The position numbers and the translations under genes were made by a program. A stretch of 64,000 nucleotides of DNA from Alphaproteobacteria bacterium (lineage in GTDB: Bacteria > Pseudomonadota > Alphaproteobacteria > Micropepsales > Micropepsaceae): positions 276,551 to 340,550 of the forward strand of contig WGNJ01000018.1 in NCBI GenBank assembly GCA_016124635.1. Direction: 5' to 3'. The notes beneath the pieces are model-generated. The model saw only the letters and a list, made by a program, of their open reading frames with translations. It did no database searches and was not told the origin of the DNA. This document shows, piece after piece, positions 18,526 through 27,150 of this stretch; within the stretch, counting starts at the first letter, position 1, and each line of letters begins with the position of its first letter.

Positions 18526-18807
18526 ATGCTCTGGCGATGGGAGACGACGATGCTGCTACTCGATGAAGCCCAGGAGGTCTTGGAGCGCACCGAACGGCTC
18601 GCCGTGCGATCGGCTTTCGCGCTCTGCCTGGCCTTCGAAATGATGCAGCGCTCGAGTTCGAACGCAGCGCCGGCGATGGGCGACCTTGAGACGTTGCGGG
18701 CGGAGGTCGACCGCGTCGGCGAGGCGCTTGGCGAAATCCTGGCGGCGCGCGAGCCGCCGAGGTCAGGAGAGCGAGCGGCCGTTCTCGGTACGCAGCGGCT
18801 TCACTGA
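18526..18807 (+). CDS. small hypothetical protein
   Basis: The 93-codon ORF has G/C-biased third positions and follows an AT-richer stretch. No family recognised. Confidence 0.35.
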   Translation: MLWRWETTMLLLDEAQEVLERTERLAVRSAFALCLAFEMMQRSSSNAAPAMGDLETLRAEVDRVGEALGEILAAREPPRSGERAAVLGTQRLH

Positions 18808-18822
18808 ACGCTACGCCCTCGC

Positions 18823-19755
18823 CTACACGACGGCGTCCGAAGCGAGCACGCAGGCAAACTCGGGATCGCCGGCCTCGACTTGGAACGTGACGTGCGCGAC
18901 GCCGAAGCGCTGGTGGAGATCGGTGGTTGCGCGCGCCAGCAGACCGTCGTCGAGCGAATGACCGGGGCGCACGAGATGTACTGTCATGGCGGTCTCGGTC
19001 GTGCTCATGGCCCAGATGTGGAGGTCGTGGACATCCGCAACGCCGGGTAGGTCGCGCAAGTAGCGATCGACTTCGCCGTGGTCGATGTGGTTCGGCACGG
19101 CATCGAGCGCGAGGTTCAACGAGTCGCGCAGCATCGACCAGGTGCTGACGGCGATCACCAGCACAATCGCGAGGCTTACGGCCGGGTCGAGCCAGAGCCA
19201 TCCCGTGAAGATGATCGCGACGCCTGCGATCACCACGCCGACCGAAACCAGCGCATCGGCCGCCATGTGCAGGAAGGCGCCGCGGATGTTGAGATCGGTG
19301 TTGCGGCCCGACATGAAGAGCAGCGCGGTCGCCGTGTTGATCGCAATCCCGATTGCGGCGACCACGATCACGGTCGCGCCTTCGATGGGTTGCGGATTGG
19401 CAAAGCGGTGCAATGCCTCCCAGGCGATGGCGCCGATGGCAAGCAGCAGCACAACCGAATTTGCCAGCGACGCGAGGATTGAGCTGCGGCGCAGGCCGTA
19501 GGTGTGTCGCGCCGTCGGCTCGCGGCGCGAGAGGACGGCTGCGCCCCAGGCAAGCACCAGGCTCAAGACATCGCCCAGATTGTGGCCCGCGTCGGACAGC
19601 AGCGCGAGCGAGTTCGCGACGATGCCATAGGCTGCCTCGATCACCACGAAGCCCATGTTCAGCACAATGCCGATGGCGAAGGCGCGGCCGTAGTTCGCGG
19701 TGCCGTGACTGTGGACGTGACCGTGATGGTGGCCGTGATTGTTGGATGCAGTCAT
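18823..19755 (-). CDS. cation diffusion facilitator (CDF) metal efflux transporter (CzcD/ZitB-like)
   Basis: His-rich N-terminus NNHGHHHGHVHSHG and TM2 motif LALLSDAGHNLGDV. Divergent from the MerR regulator. Confidence 0.93.
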   Translation of the reverse strand: MTASNNHGHHHGHVHSHGTANYGRAFAIGIVLNMGFVVIEAAYGIVANSLALLSDAGHNLGDVLSLVLAWGAAVLSRREPTARHTYGLRRSSILASLANSVVLLLAIGAIAWEALHRFANPQPIEGATVIVVAAIGIAINTATALLFMSGRNTDLNIRGAFLHMAADALVSVGVVIAGVAIIFTGWLWLDPAVSLAIVLVIAVSTWSMLRDSLNLALDAVPNHIDHGEVDRYLRDLPGVADVHDLHIWAMSTTETAMTVHLVRPGHSLDDGLLARATTDLHQRFGVAHVTFQVEAGDPEFACVLASDAVV

Positions 19756-19797
19756 CGCAGGATACGGGGCGCCTTCGACTCGACGGTTCGGGCTCCG

Positions 19798-19828
19798 ACC
19801 CTACATGCTACAGTCACTGTAGGTTCAA
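19798..19828 (-). promoter_or_regulatory. MerR-type promoter for the CDF gene: TTGAAC-N19-TAGGGT with a perfect dyad CTACAGT-C-ACTGTAG in the spacer
   Basis: Read on the minus strand. The -35 is at 19828..19823, the -10 at 19803..19798 and the dyad at 19808..19822. The 19-bp spacer is the hallmark of MerR-activated promoters. Confidence 0.65.
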
Positions 19829-19839
19829 GAGGGTGAGAA

Positions 19840-20277
19840 ATGGCCGAAATCCTCAGCATCGGCGCGTTGGCGAAGCGGGCTGCGACGAATGTGCAAACGA
19901 TTCGGTTCTACGAGCAGGAAGGCTTGATGCCGAGACCGGCGCGAAGCGAAGGCGGGCAGCGCCGCTACTCGCGCGCGCACGCGGACAGGCTCGCCTTCAT
20001 CCGGCACGCGCGAGAGCTCGGCTTTCCGCTCGACGCGATACGTGAGCTTTTGAAGCTGGCCGACAGGCCAGAGCAACCTTGTGCGCGCGTCGACCGCGTC
20101 GCCGGAGACGTGCTCGCCGACGTCGAGGCGAAGATTGCGCGGCTCGAGTCGCTTCGCTCGGAGCTGCGGCGCATGCTGCGCCAATGTCGGCACGGCCGCG
20201 TTTCGGAGTGCCGCATCATCCGTGTGTTGGCCGATCACAGCCACAGCCAATGCGCGACGTCTGATCATCGTCACTAG
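19840..20277 (+). CDS. MerR-family heavy-metal-responsive transcriptional regulator (ZntR/CadR-like)
   Basis: HTH IGALAKRAATNVQTIRFYEQEGLMP, a coiled-coil dimerisation helix, and C-terminal Cys/His ligands (QCRHGRVSECRII...HSHSQC). Confidence 0.9.
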   Translation: MAEILSIGALAKRAATNVQTIRFYEQEGLMPRPARSEGGQRRYSRAHADRLAFIRHARELGFPLDAIRELLKLADRPEQPCARVDRVAGDVLADVEAKIARLESLRSELRRMLRQCRHGRVSECRIIRVLADHSHSQCATSDHRH

Positions 20278-20428
20278 GCGACTCCCCACCGCTCGCAATC
20301 GACGAGCGACATCTGTGCAGCGGCGAAACGGCTCGCAGGATCGTGATGCGGTCTGACGCGTCTGTGTGTTGTTCGCGATGCCAGTGCGCATTGAAGCTCT
20401 GCTTCAATCAATTCTCTGGGGAGAGACC

Positions 20429-22504
20429 ATGCCAAAGCTGACGCGCCGCCTGCTGATGGCCAGCGCCGCCGCTGCCGCCGCGACCACCACGCTTGCCGTT
20501 TCGTTCAACACGATTGCCGCGGCATCCGGAAAGCCGGTGATCGGAAATTGGGGCTTCGACCTTTCGAGCATCGACACGTCGGTGAAGCCGGGCGACGATT
20601 TCTTCCGCTACGTCAACGGCAACTGGCTGAAGAGCACCGAGATCCCGCCCGATCGCGTGGTTTGGGGCTCGTTTCCGATGCTGATGGCGAAGGCGGAGGA
20701 AGACACGCGTAAAGTCATCGTCGCCGCAGCGTCCCATTCCAACCGGCCCGGCTCGGTCGAACAAAAGGTCGCCGACTACTACAACTCTTATATCGATACC
20801 GATCGGATCAACGCGCTCGGCATGAAGCCGTTCGAGAGCGACCTTGCAACGATCGCCGGGCTCCAATCGCACGAGGACGTGGCGCGCTGGATGGGGCGGC
20901 CGGACGTGGCGGTGAACGGACCGGTCGGCAGCTTCTTCTTCATCGATCAAAAGAACCCGGACCGTTATTCGCTCGAACTCGTTCAGGCCGGTCTCGGTCT
21001 GCCTGATCGCGACTACTATTCGAAGCCGGACGAGCAATTCGCGAAAACGCGCGCCGCCTATCGCGCCTACGTCGAGAAGATGCTCTCGCTCGTGCACTAC
21101 GCCGACGCGGCGGCGCGCGCCGACCAGATCATGAAGCTCGAGACCCAGATCGCCGAGCGCCAATGGCCGCTCGAGAAGCGCCGCAACCGCGATCTGAATT
21201 ACAATCCGAAGACGCGCGCGGAGCTCAAGAGCTTCGCCGGCGGCTTCCCGTGGGACGACTACTTCTCGAGCGAAGATTTGCCGGAGCAATCTTTCCTCGT
21301 GCTTCGCAACCCCGAACCGGTGCAGAAGCTGGCACAGCTCTTCCGCTCGACGCCGGTCGAGACGTGGCGCGCCTACCTCACGTTCCACTATCTCAACGGC
21401 ACCGCCGACATCATGCCCGCGGCGTTCGACGACGCATCGTTCGAGTTCAACGGCAAGGTACTGCTCGGACAACAACAGCAGCGCGACCGCTGGAAACGCG
21501 CGGTGCTGGCGATCACCGGCCCCTACGGGGGCCAGCCGCTTGCCGAGGCCGTCGGCCAACTCTATGTACGCGACAACTTCTCGCCCGATGCGAAAGCCAA
21601 GGTGCGCGAGCTCGTCGGCAACATTCTGGCCGCCTATCGCGCGCACATGCAGAACCTGGATTGGATGTCGCCCGAAACGCGCCAAGCGGCGATCCGCAAG
21701 GTGAATTCGGCACGCATCAAGATCGGCTTCCCGGATACCTGGCGCGATTATTCGACACTCGAGATCAAGCCCGGCGATGCCTACGGCAATCGGCAACGCG
21801 CCGCGCTTTGGGATTGGATGCGCCAAGCACGGCGAATGACGCAGCCCGCGGACAAGGCCGAATGGGGCATGGCGCCGCAAACCGTCAATGCGTACTACAA
21901 CGCGCAGTGGAACGAGATCGTGTTTCCGGCCGCGATCTTGCAGGCGCCGTTCTTCGACCCGAACGCGGATCCCGCGATCAATTACGGCGGCATCGGCGGC
22001 ACGATCGGCCATGAAATGGGCCACGGCTTCGACGATCAGGGCGCCAAGTCCGACGAGCATGGCGTGCTGCACACGTGGTGGAGCAAGCAAGACATCGACC
22101 GCTTCAACAAGAAGGCGCACGCGTTGGCGGCGCAATACTCGCAGTACCAGCCCCTGCCCGGCCTGCACATCAACGGCGATTTCACGTCGGGCGAAAACAT
22201 GGGCGATCTCGGCGGGCTGACCATCGGCTACGCGGCGTACGAGCTTTCGCTGCACGGTCAGAAGGCGCCCGTGCTCGACGGGTTCACCGGCGAACAGCGC
22301 GTGTTCCTGGGCTGGGCGCAGGTGTGGCGGTCCAAGTATCGCGACGAGGCGCTACGTGCGCAGGTGACGAGCAATGTGCATTCGCCGGGGCCCTGGCGCT
22401 GCAACGGCATCGTGCGCAATGTCGACGGCTGGTACGACGCGTTCAACATCAAGCCCGGCGACAAGATGTACCTGGCGCCAGGTGAGCGCGTGCATATTTG
22501 GTAA
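20429..22504 (+). CDS. M13-family zinc metallopeptidase, paralog 2
   Basis: HEMGHGFDDQG, GENMGDLGG, NAYYNAQWNEIVFPAAILQAPFF. Tat-like MPKLTRRLLMASAAAAAATTTLA. Collinear with 13062..15140 along its full length. Confidence 0.93.
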   Translation: MPKLTRRLLMASAAAAAATTTLAVSFNTIAAASGKPVIGNWGFDLSSIDTSVKPGDDFFRYVNGNWLKSTEIPPDRVVWGSFPMLMAKAEEDTRKVIVAAASHSNRPGSVEQKVADYYNSYIDTDRINALGMKPFESDLATIAGLQSHEDVARWMGRPDVAVNGPVGSFFFIDQKNPDRYSLELVQAGLGLPDRDYYSKPDEQFAKTRAAYRAYVEKMLSLVHYADAAARADQIMKLETQIAERQWPLEKRRNRDLNYNPKTRAELKSFAGGFPWDDYFSSEDLPEQSFLVLRNPEPVQKLAQLFRSTPVETWRAYLTFHYLNGTADIMPAAFDDASFEFNGKVLLGQQQQRDRWKRAVLAITGPYGGQPLAEAVGQLYVRDNFSPDAKAKVRELVGNILAAYRAHMQNLDWMSPETRQAAIRKVNSARIKIGFPDTWRDYSTLEIKPGDAYGNRQRAALWDWMRQARRMTQPADKAEWGMAPQTVNAYYNAQWNEIVFPAAILQAPFFDPNADPAINYGGIGGTIGHEMGHGFDDQGAKSDEHGVLHTWWSKQDIDRFNKKAHALAAQYSQYQPLPGLHINGDFTSGENMGDLGGLTIGYAAYELSLHGQKAPVLDGFTGEQRVFLGWAQVWRSKYRDEALRAQVTSNVHSPGPWRCNGIVRNVDGWYDAFNIKPGDKMYLAPGERVHIW

Positions 22505-23508
22505 GTGTGGACAGAAGCGTGCGCCCGCACTTCATACTTGCTCTGACGGTCGCGGTCTTGATGTCGCCCCCTGAGCATTCGTTTGCCGATGAGGCTGCGC
22601 TACCTCACGAGCAGTCCGTTGCAAGCGGGGTCTGGCTCATTCCCGGCAGCTTCCGACCGAAGCGGCAGCCGGACGGCAACACCATTATCTTTACCGCGCC
22701 AAAGGGCCTGATCGTGATGGATACAGGCCGGCATGTGTGGCAGCGCGAGGCGATCCTCGACTTCGCGCGCCGACAGCGCCAACCGATTGCCGCCATCATC
22801 AACAGTCATTGGCATCTCGATCATGTCAGCGGCAATCCGGCGCTGAAGGCCGCCTATCCTTCCGCCAAAGTCTATGCGAGCGGCGCCATACGCGATGCTC
22901 TGACGGGGTTTCTCGCGAGAAGCGCGGCCGGCGCGGAAGAATATTTGAATTCGCACACTGTGCCGCCCGAAACCGCCAAAGACATCCGCAACGACATTGC
23001 AACCTTCAAGGCGGGCCAATTGCTGCTGCCGGATATCGAGATAAAGGAATCTGGGAGCCGCGTGATCGCGGGAAAGACTCTGGACGTCAATCTCGCGTCG
23101 AACGCGGCGACCGACGGAGATGTATGGATCTTCGATGCTTCGACGGGCGTCGTGGCCAGCGGTGATCTCGTTACCCTGCCCGTTCCGTTCCTCGACACCG
23201 CATGTCCTGAAGGCTGGCGGCGGGCGCTCGCGCAGGTGGACGCCACGCCATTCAAGATCCTTATTCCGGGGCACGGGGCGCCAATGACGCGGCGGGACTT
23301 CGCGACCTATCGCGCGGCCTTCGAAGCCTTTATCGACTGTGCAAATTCTAAGCGTGATTCAAAGGAGTGTACCGCGGACTGGATGCACGACGTCGCGACG
23401 CTGCTGCCGGATGACGCCATGCGCCAGAAGGCCGAAGGCATGGCGCCCTACTATGTCGACACCGTTCTGCGCGCCCATGGCGGAAAAAGTGCAGAGTGCA
23501 AGATCTGA
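22498..23508 (+). CDS. MBL-fold metallo-hydrolase with signal peptide
   Basis: HxHxDH motif in INSHWHLDHVSGN. The start (TTG 22498 or GTG 22507) overlaps the stop of M13 paralog 2. Confidence 0.88.
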   Translation: MVSVDRSVRPHFILALTVAVLMSPPEHSFADEAALPHEQSVASGVWLIPGSFRPKRQPDGNTIIFTAPKGLIVMDTGRHVWQREAILDFARRQRQPIAAIINSHWHLDHVSGNPALKAAYPSAKVYASGAIRDALTGFLARSAAGAEEYLNSHTVPPETAKDIRNDIATFKAGQLLLPDIEIKESGSRVIAGKTLDVNLASNAATDGDVWIFDASTGVVASGDLVTLPVPFLDTACPEGWRRALAQVDATPFKILIPGHGAPMTRRDFATYRAAFEAFIDCANSKRDSKECTADWMHDVATLLPDDAMRQKAEGMAPYYVDTVLRAHGGKSAECKI

Positions 23509-23531
23509 TAGATGGCCGTCAAATAGCGACG

Positions 23532-23813
23532 TCAATAACACTCGACCCAGATCGCCGCGTAGCGTTCGCCGTCGCGCAGCGGCGCTTGCGCAGCTGCCGT
23601 CAGCGCATCGACATCCTTGCCGTCGAGCTCGTAGGCGATTGTGCCCCAGTCGAGTTGCTTGTGGGGACGGTCATGCATCCACGCCGGCGCGCCGTGCCAG
23701 GGTTCAAAACGCGACTCTCGGAACGTCGTGACTTCGTCGCGCCATTTGTCCGTCAGCGTGGATACGGACTTGCCAGGAGGCAGCACCGCCAAATAATGCA
23801 CCATCATCGTCAT
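23532..23813 (-). CDS. hypothetical protein
   Basis: 93 aa from ATG 23813 (MTMMVHYLAVLPPGK...). The longer listed ORF to 24029 would overlap the TonB-receptor 3' end. No family recognised. Confidence 0.45.
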   Translation of the reverse strand: MTMMVHYLAVLPPGKSVSTLTDKWRDEVTTFRESRFEPWHGAPAWMHDRPHKQLDWGTIAYELDGKDVDALTAAAQAPLRDGERYAAIWVECY

Positions 23814-23877
23814 TGTGACGGCATACCATAGCCCGAGGCGCTGGCCAGCGCGGAAAGGCTTGGTCTGGCGTCGAGCA

Positions 23878-26223
23878 TCATCGCAAAAAGGCGCGCAGGC
23901 CGATAAATGCGGCAATGGGGGCACCAGGGCTTTGGAAGCGGTTGTCGGCATCGGCGCTGTTTGCCGGGACGCCTGGAGCGCCGATGCCCGCGGGGTCACC
24001 GAGCACGCCGAAGCTCGCATACTTCGCATCGAAGACGTTCTCTATTCCGGCGAACAAGTTCAGACTCTCCGTCGGGCTGTAATTCGCGTGGAGATTGACG
24101 AGCGCATAACCGGGCACCGGCGACATCTGGTTGGACTCGTCACCGCGGTAGAATTGCTCGCTGACAAAGACAACGCTGCCGCCGATCGTGATGCGCTGCT
24201 CAATCTTGTAGTCAAGCCCAGCTTTGACTCGGTGACGTGGAATACCCGGCAGGCGATCGCCAGCCTCGACCTCGATGTTGCCGTCCGTGTCCTGAAAGGG
24301 ATTTGAGGGCGAGTGCAACGTGAGCGGCGATAGGAATGTTGCGTCTACGAGGCTGTAGTTCAGATAACCGCTGAACCGGTCGTCGCGATAGTTGACGCCG
24401 GCCTCTATCCCTTGGCGACGCGTTCCCTCGATGTTCTGAAAGAAGCCCGCATTGAGCGACGTCGCCACGCCGTAGATGTCGTCATCAAGATCGGTTCTGA
24501 AGGCGCTGACATTCCAACTGACGCGCGCTTTCACAGCGTCGATGTCGAATGCACCGCGAACGCCGGCTTCGAACGTGTGCGCAACCACCTGCCGAAGCGT
24601 GGGCGGGTCGCTCGAAAGCGACGACGGCAACAGGCACGGGTGATCCGGATCCGAACATTCGATCTCACTAGGCGTTGGCGTGCGGTTGGCCTCAGCGTAT
24701 CCGGCATAAGCGGTCATGCTTGGCGTGAGCTTGTACGTGGCGCCGACCGCTGGATTGACCCGCTGGTAGTTGCTATCGCCGTTCAAGCTGATGCCCAGCC
24801 GATCGTTCAGTGCGATGCGTGCGTCGTTCCAGCGCACGCTCGCCGTTATCGCTAAGTGCGGTGTCACATCGAGCGTGTCCGTTGCATAGACGCCGTAATA
24901 CGTGGTCCCCGCGCCGAGGCTGACGGGCGTTGCATTGAAATCCGTCCCTTCGGGCGTCACGACGAAGAATCCTGACGGGAGTACGCGCAGCTTCGTATCG
25001 ATAACGCCGACCTCGGTCGCCGTATTGAAATCGGTCCGTGCGTGATCGATCGAGGCTCCGATAGCAAAATGGTTTTCGCCTCCGAAGATTGGCGCGATCG
25101 ACATCGCTTGAACCGTGCCGCCGGTGCCGCGCGAACGGATGGCTTCAAAGTCGTTTTGTCCGATCGGGATCGTGCCGCCTTGCGACAGATCGGGGATCGT
25201 AGCGCCATTGCCGTCGATGAGCGGCGTGACTTCATCGTCTTGGCACAGCGCGTCCGGCGCTGAGGAGCACGCGCTATATTCCGTCGTGTTACCGTTGACG
25301 ACGTTCTGTCGAAATGCGCGATAATACGCGTTCGCCTGCAGCGATAGCGTTTCTGTTACGGCGAGGGCGCCGTTCAGGGTGACGAAACTCAATCGGTCGA
25401 TATTGCTCTGCGGGCTGGTGAACACGAGCGCACGGTCGACCGCAAGCTCCTGCACAGGAGCCGGCGACTCGCCGGACAGGTGATTATCGGCGCCAGTGAA
25501 GCTAAGATCGATGGACGCAGTCTCCGTGCGATACGTCAAGTCGCCATAGAGTTGGCGCAGCGAACTCGGTGAAAACTCGCGCCAGCCGTCTTCGTCCAGC
25601 CACGTGCCGGCGATATAGGCAGCGAAATTGCCCTCGCTCGTGCCGAGTTCTCCCGAAGCGGTCCAACGGCCAAAGGAACCGCCCGATACCTCGCCGTGTG
25701 CTCCCGGCGCGTTGAAGCCGTTTTTCATCGAGACAATCACGGCGCCGCCAAGAGCATTCAGTCCGTAGACGGGGTTTTCGCTTATGAGGTCGATGCGCTT
25801 GATCGCGATCGACGGTACGAAGTCCCAGTTGACGGAATCGCCGAACGCTTCGTTGATGCGCACGCCGTTCTCAAAGACCGCAAGACCCTGAGGCGTGCCG
25901 AGCACAGGCGACGCCTCGAATCCGCGAAACAAGATGTCGGGTTGAAAGGGGTTGTCCAGGTTGTCGTTGATGCTGACGCTTCCGAGCGTGTTTTGAAGAG
26001 CCCGTGTTGCGCTCGCCGGCCCTTCGCGGTCGATATCGTCGGCCGAAAGCGTTTGGATATTTTGCGGCAGCTTATCTCTGTCGACGCCGGTCCCAGGAAG
26101 CGGCGTTGTGCCGACGACGACAACGTGCTCGATGGGCGGTTGATCTGCCGCGGCCACAGGGTCGACGAGGCCCCAACAGACCGCCATGCCGCAAACCACG
26201 CACCTGATTTTTGGTGCAACCAA
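23878..26223 (-). CDS. TonB-dependent outer-membrane receptor
   Basis: Plug motifs (NPFQPDILFRGFEASP, GVRINEAFGDSVNWDF, ENPVYGLNALGGAVIV) and a large beta-barrel region. TTG 26223 gives a signal-like LVAPKIRCVVCGMAVCWGLVDPVAAA. The ORF is open to 26340. Confidence 0.9.
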   Translation of the reverse strand: MVAPKIRCVVCGMAVCWGLVDPVAAADQPPIEHVVVVGTTPLPGTGVDRDKLPQNIQTLSADDIDREGPASATRALQNTLGSVSINDNLDNPFQPDILFRGFEASPVLGTPQGLAVFENGVRINEAFGDSVNWDFVPSIAIKRIDLISENPVYGLNALGGAVIVSMKNGFNAPGAHGEVSGGSFGRWTASGELGTSEGNFAAYIAGTWLDEDGWREFSPSSLRQLYGDLTYRTETASIDLSFTGADNHLSGESPAPVQELAVDRALVFTSPQSNIDRLSFVTLNGALAVTETLSLQANAYYRAFRQNVVNGNTTEYSACSSAPDALCQDDEVTPLIDGNGATIPDLSQGGTIPIGQNDFEAIRSRGTGGTVQAMSIAPIFGGENHFAIGASIDHARTDFNTATEVGVIDTKLRVLPSGFFVVTPEGTDFNATPVSLGAGTTYYGVYATDTLDVTPHLAITASVRWNDARIALNDRLGISLNGDSNYQRVNPAVGATYKLTPSMTAYAGYAEANRTPTPSEIECSDPDHPCLLPSSLSSDPPTLRQVVAHTFEAGVRGAFDIDAVKARVSWNVSAFRTDLDDDIYGVATSLNAGFFQNIEGTRRQGIEAGVNYRDDRFSGYLNYSLVDATFLSPLTLHSPSNPFQDTDGNIEVEAGDRLPGIPRHRVKAGLDYKIEQRITIGGSVVFVSEQFYRGDESNQMSPVPGYALVNLHANYSPTESLNLFAGIENVFDAKYASFGVLGDPAGIGAPGVPANSADADNRFQSPGAPIAAFIGLRAFLR

Positions 26224-26435
26224 ACCGCCTCCCCTCGTTACCCCACAGTTCGCCGCTTTTGGCGGGAGTCCGGATTTCCGTCGCAATGGACTACACGCCG
26301 GTGTTTGTCCTGTCACGCGAGTACGTTCGACGGATTTCAAGTTGGTGTCCCGGGGACTGTTCGGCCTTCGAGCGCTCGACTATTCGTCAACGCCCTAGCG
26401 GGAAAGGAGGCATTGCCCGTAATTGCGATAAAAGC

Positions 26436-26464
26436 TTGACAGATTGCGACTTTTGCAACAATAT
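26436..26464 (+). promoter_or_regulatory. near-consensus sigma70-type promoter TTGACA-N17-CAATAT
   Basis: Read directly in an AT-richer stretch about 90 nt upstream of ATG 26556. It is flanked by direct ATTGCGA repeats at 26422 and 26443. Confidence 0.5.
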
Positions 26465-26555
26465 CGGCGACGCGATCGATCAAGCTGCCGGGCTTGCGCC
26501 CTGCCCCTCGCGGATCGCGACCGCTCGCCCTCCCAACTCACTGCAGATTCACGCC

Positions 26556-27038
26556 ATGCCGAACAAACCGTCGCGCACGCCCGAAGGCGATGCGCGCTTT
26601 TTCATTGCGCTCGAAAACGGGCACGCCGTGGCGGCCGCCTGCAAGGCCGCCGGCTACGCGCGCAGCCGCGTCTATGCCTGGCGGCATGAGGACGCCGAAT
26701 TCGCGGCGCACTGGGACGCAGCGTGTGCCGTCGCCAGCGATCTGCTCGAGGAAGAAGCCGACCGGCGCGGCCGCGACGGCTACGACGAGGCCGTCTTCTA
26801 TCGCGGCGAAGAAAGCGGAACGCGGCGGAAATACTCGGACGGCTTGCTGCTCGCGCGGCTCAAGGCGCTGAAGCCCGAGAACTATCGCGAAGGTATGACG
26901 GCCGCGACCGGCAAGCTCACCGTGATCGTTCGCGATTTCGACGCCGAGGCCGCGCTCAAGCAACTGATCGCCGAGAAGCGGTTGTCGCCGGACGAACTGG
27001 AAGAGGGCTTGCGACGACGGCTGACGAGCGAGACGTAG
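26556..27038 (+). CDS. phage terminase small-subunit-like HTH protein (orphan)
   Basis: N-terminal HTH-like ARFFIALENGHAVAAACKAAGYARSRVYAWRHEDAEFAAHWDAA, followed by RGRDGYDEAVFYRGEESGTRRKYSDGLLLARLKALKPENYRE. That pattern is typical of small terminase/HTH phage proteins. No other phage genes are nearby. Confidence 0.6.
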   Translation: MPNKPSRTPEGDARFFIALENGHAVAAACKAAGYARSRVYAWRHEDAEFAAHWDAACAVASDLLEEEADRRGRDGYDEAVFYRGEESGTRRKYSDGLLLARLKALKPENYREGMTAATGKLTVIVRDFDAEAALKQLIAEKRLSPDELEEGLRRRLTSET

Positions 27039-27150
27039 CTGTTCGGAGCGGGATTGCTTTCGATTGAGTTCTATGGCGTGCTTGCAAGGTTCTACCGCGC
27101 CGTAGCGTAAACGAGCTGCACACAAACTCTTCAAAAGGAGTAAGCGCCTT

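Noticed and set aside
26224-26450. Possible cobalamin riboswitch in the leader of the TonB-dependent receptor. The minus strand reads GAAATCCGGACTCCCGCC...ACTGTGG.
   Set aside because: The CCCGCAACTGT core is interrupted by an 11-nt insertion, and no B12 box (AGTCAGGAGACCTGCC-like) is present. An Rfam RF00174 scan would be decisive.
26211-26555. N-terminal extensions of listed ORFs: 26211..26555 on the terminase-like gene, 29656..29955 on the membrane protein, 12737..13207 on the serine hydrolase, 12972..13061 and 20366..20428 on the M13 genes, and 60108..60407 on the DUF4185-like gene.
   Set aside because: The extensions are non-protein-like, overlap neighbouring genes or promoters, and internal ATG/GTG codons give proper signal peptides or family N-termini.
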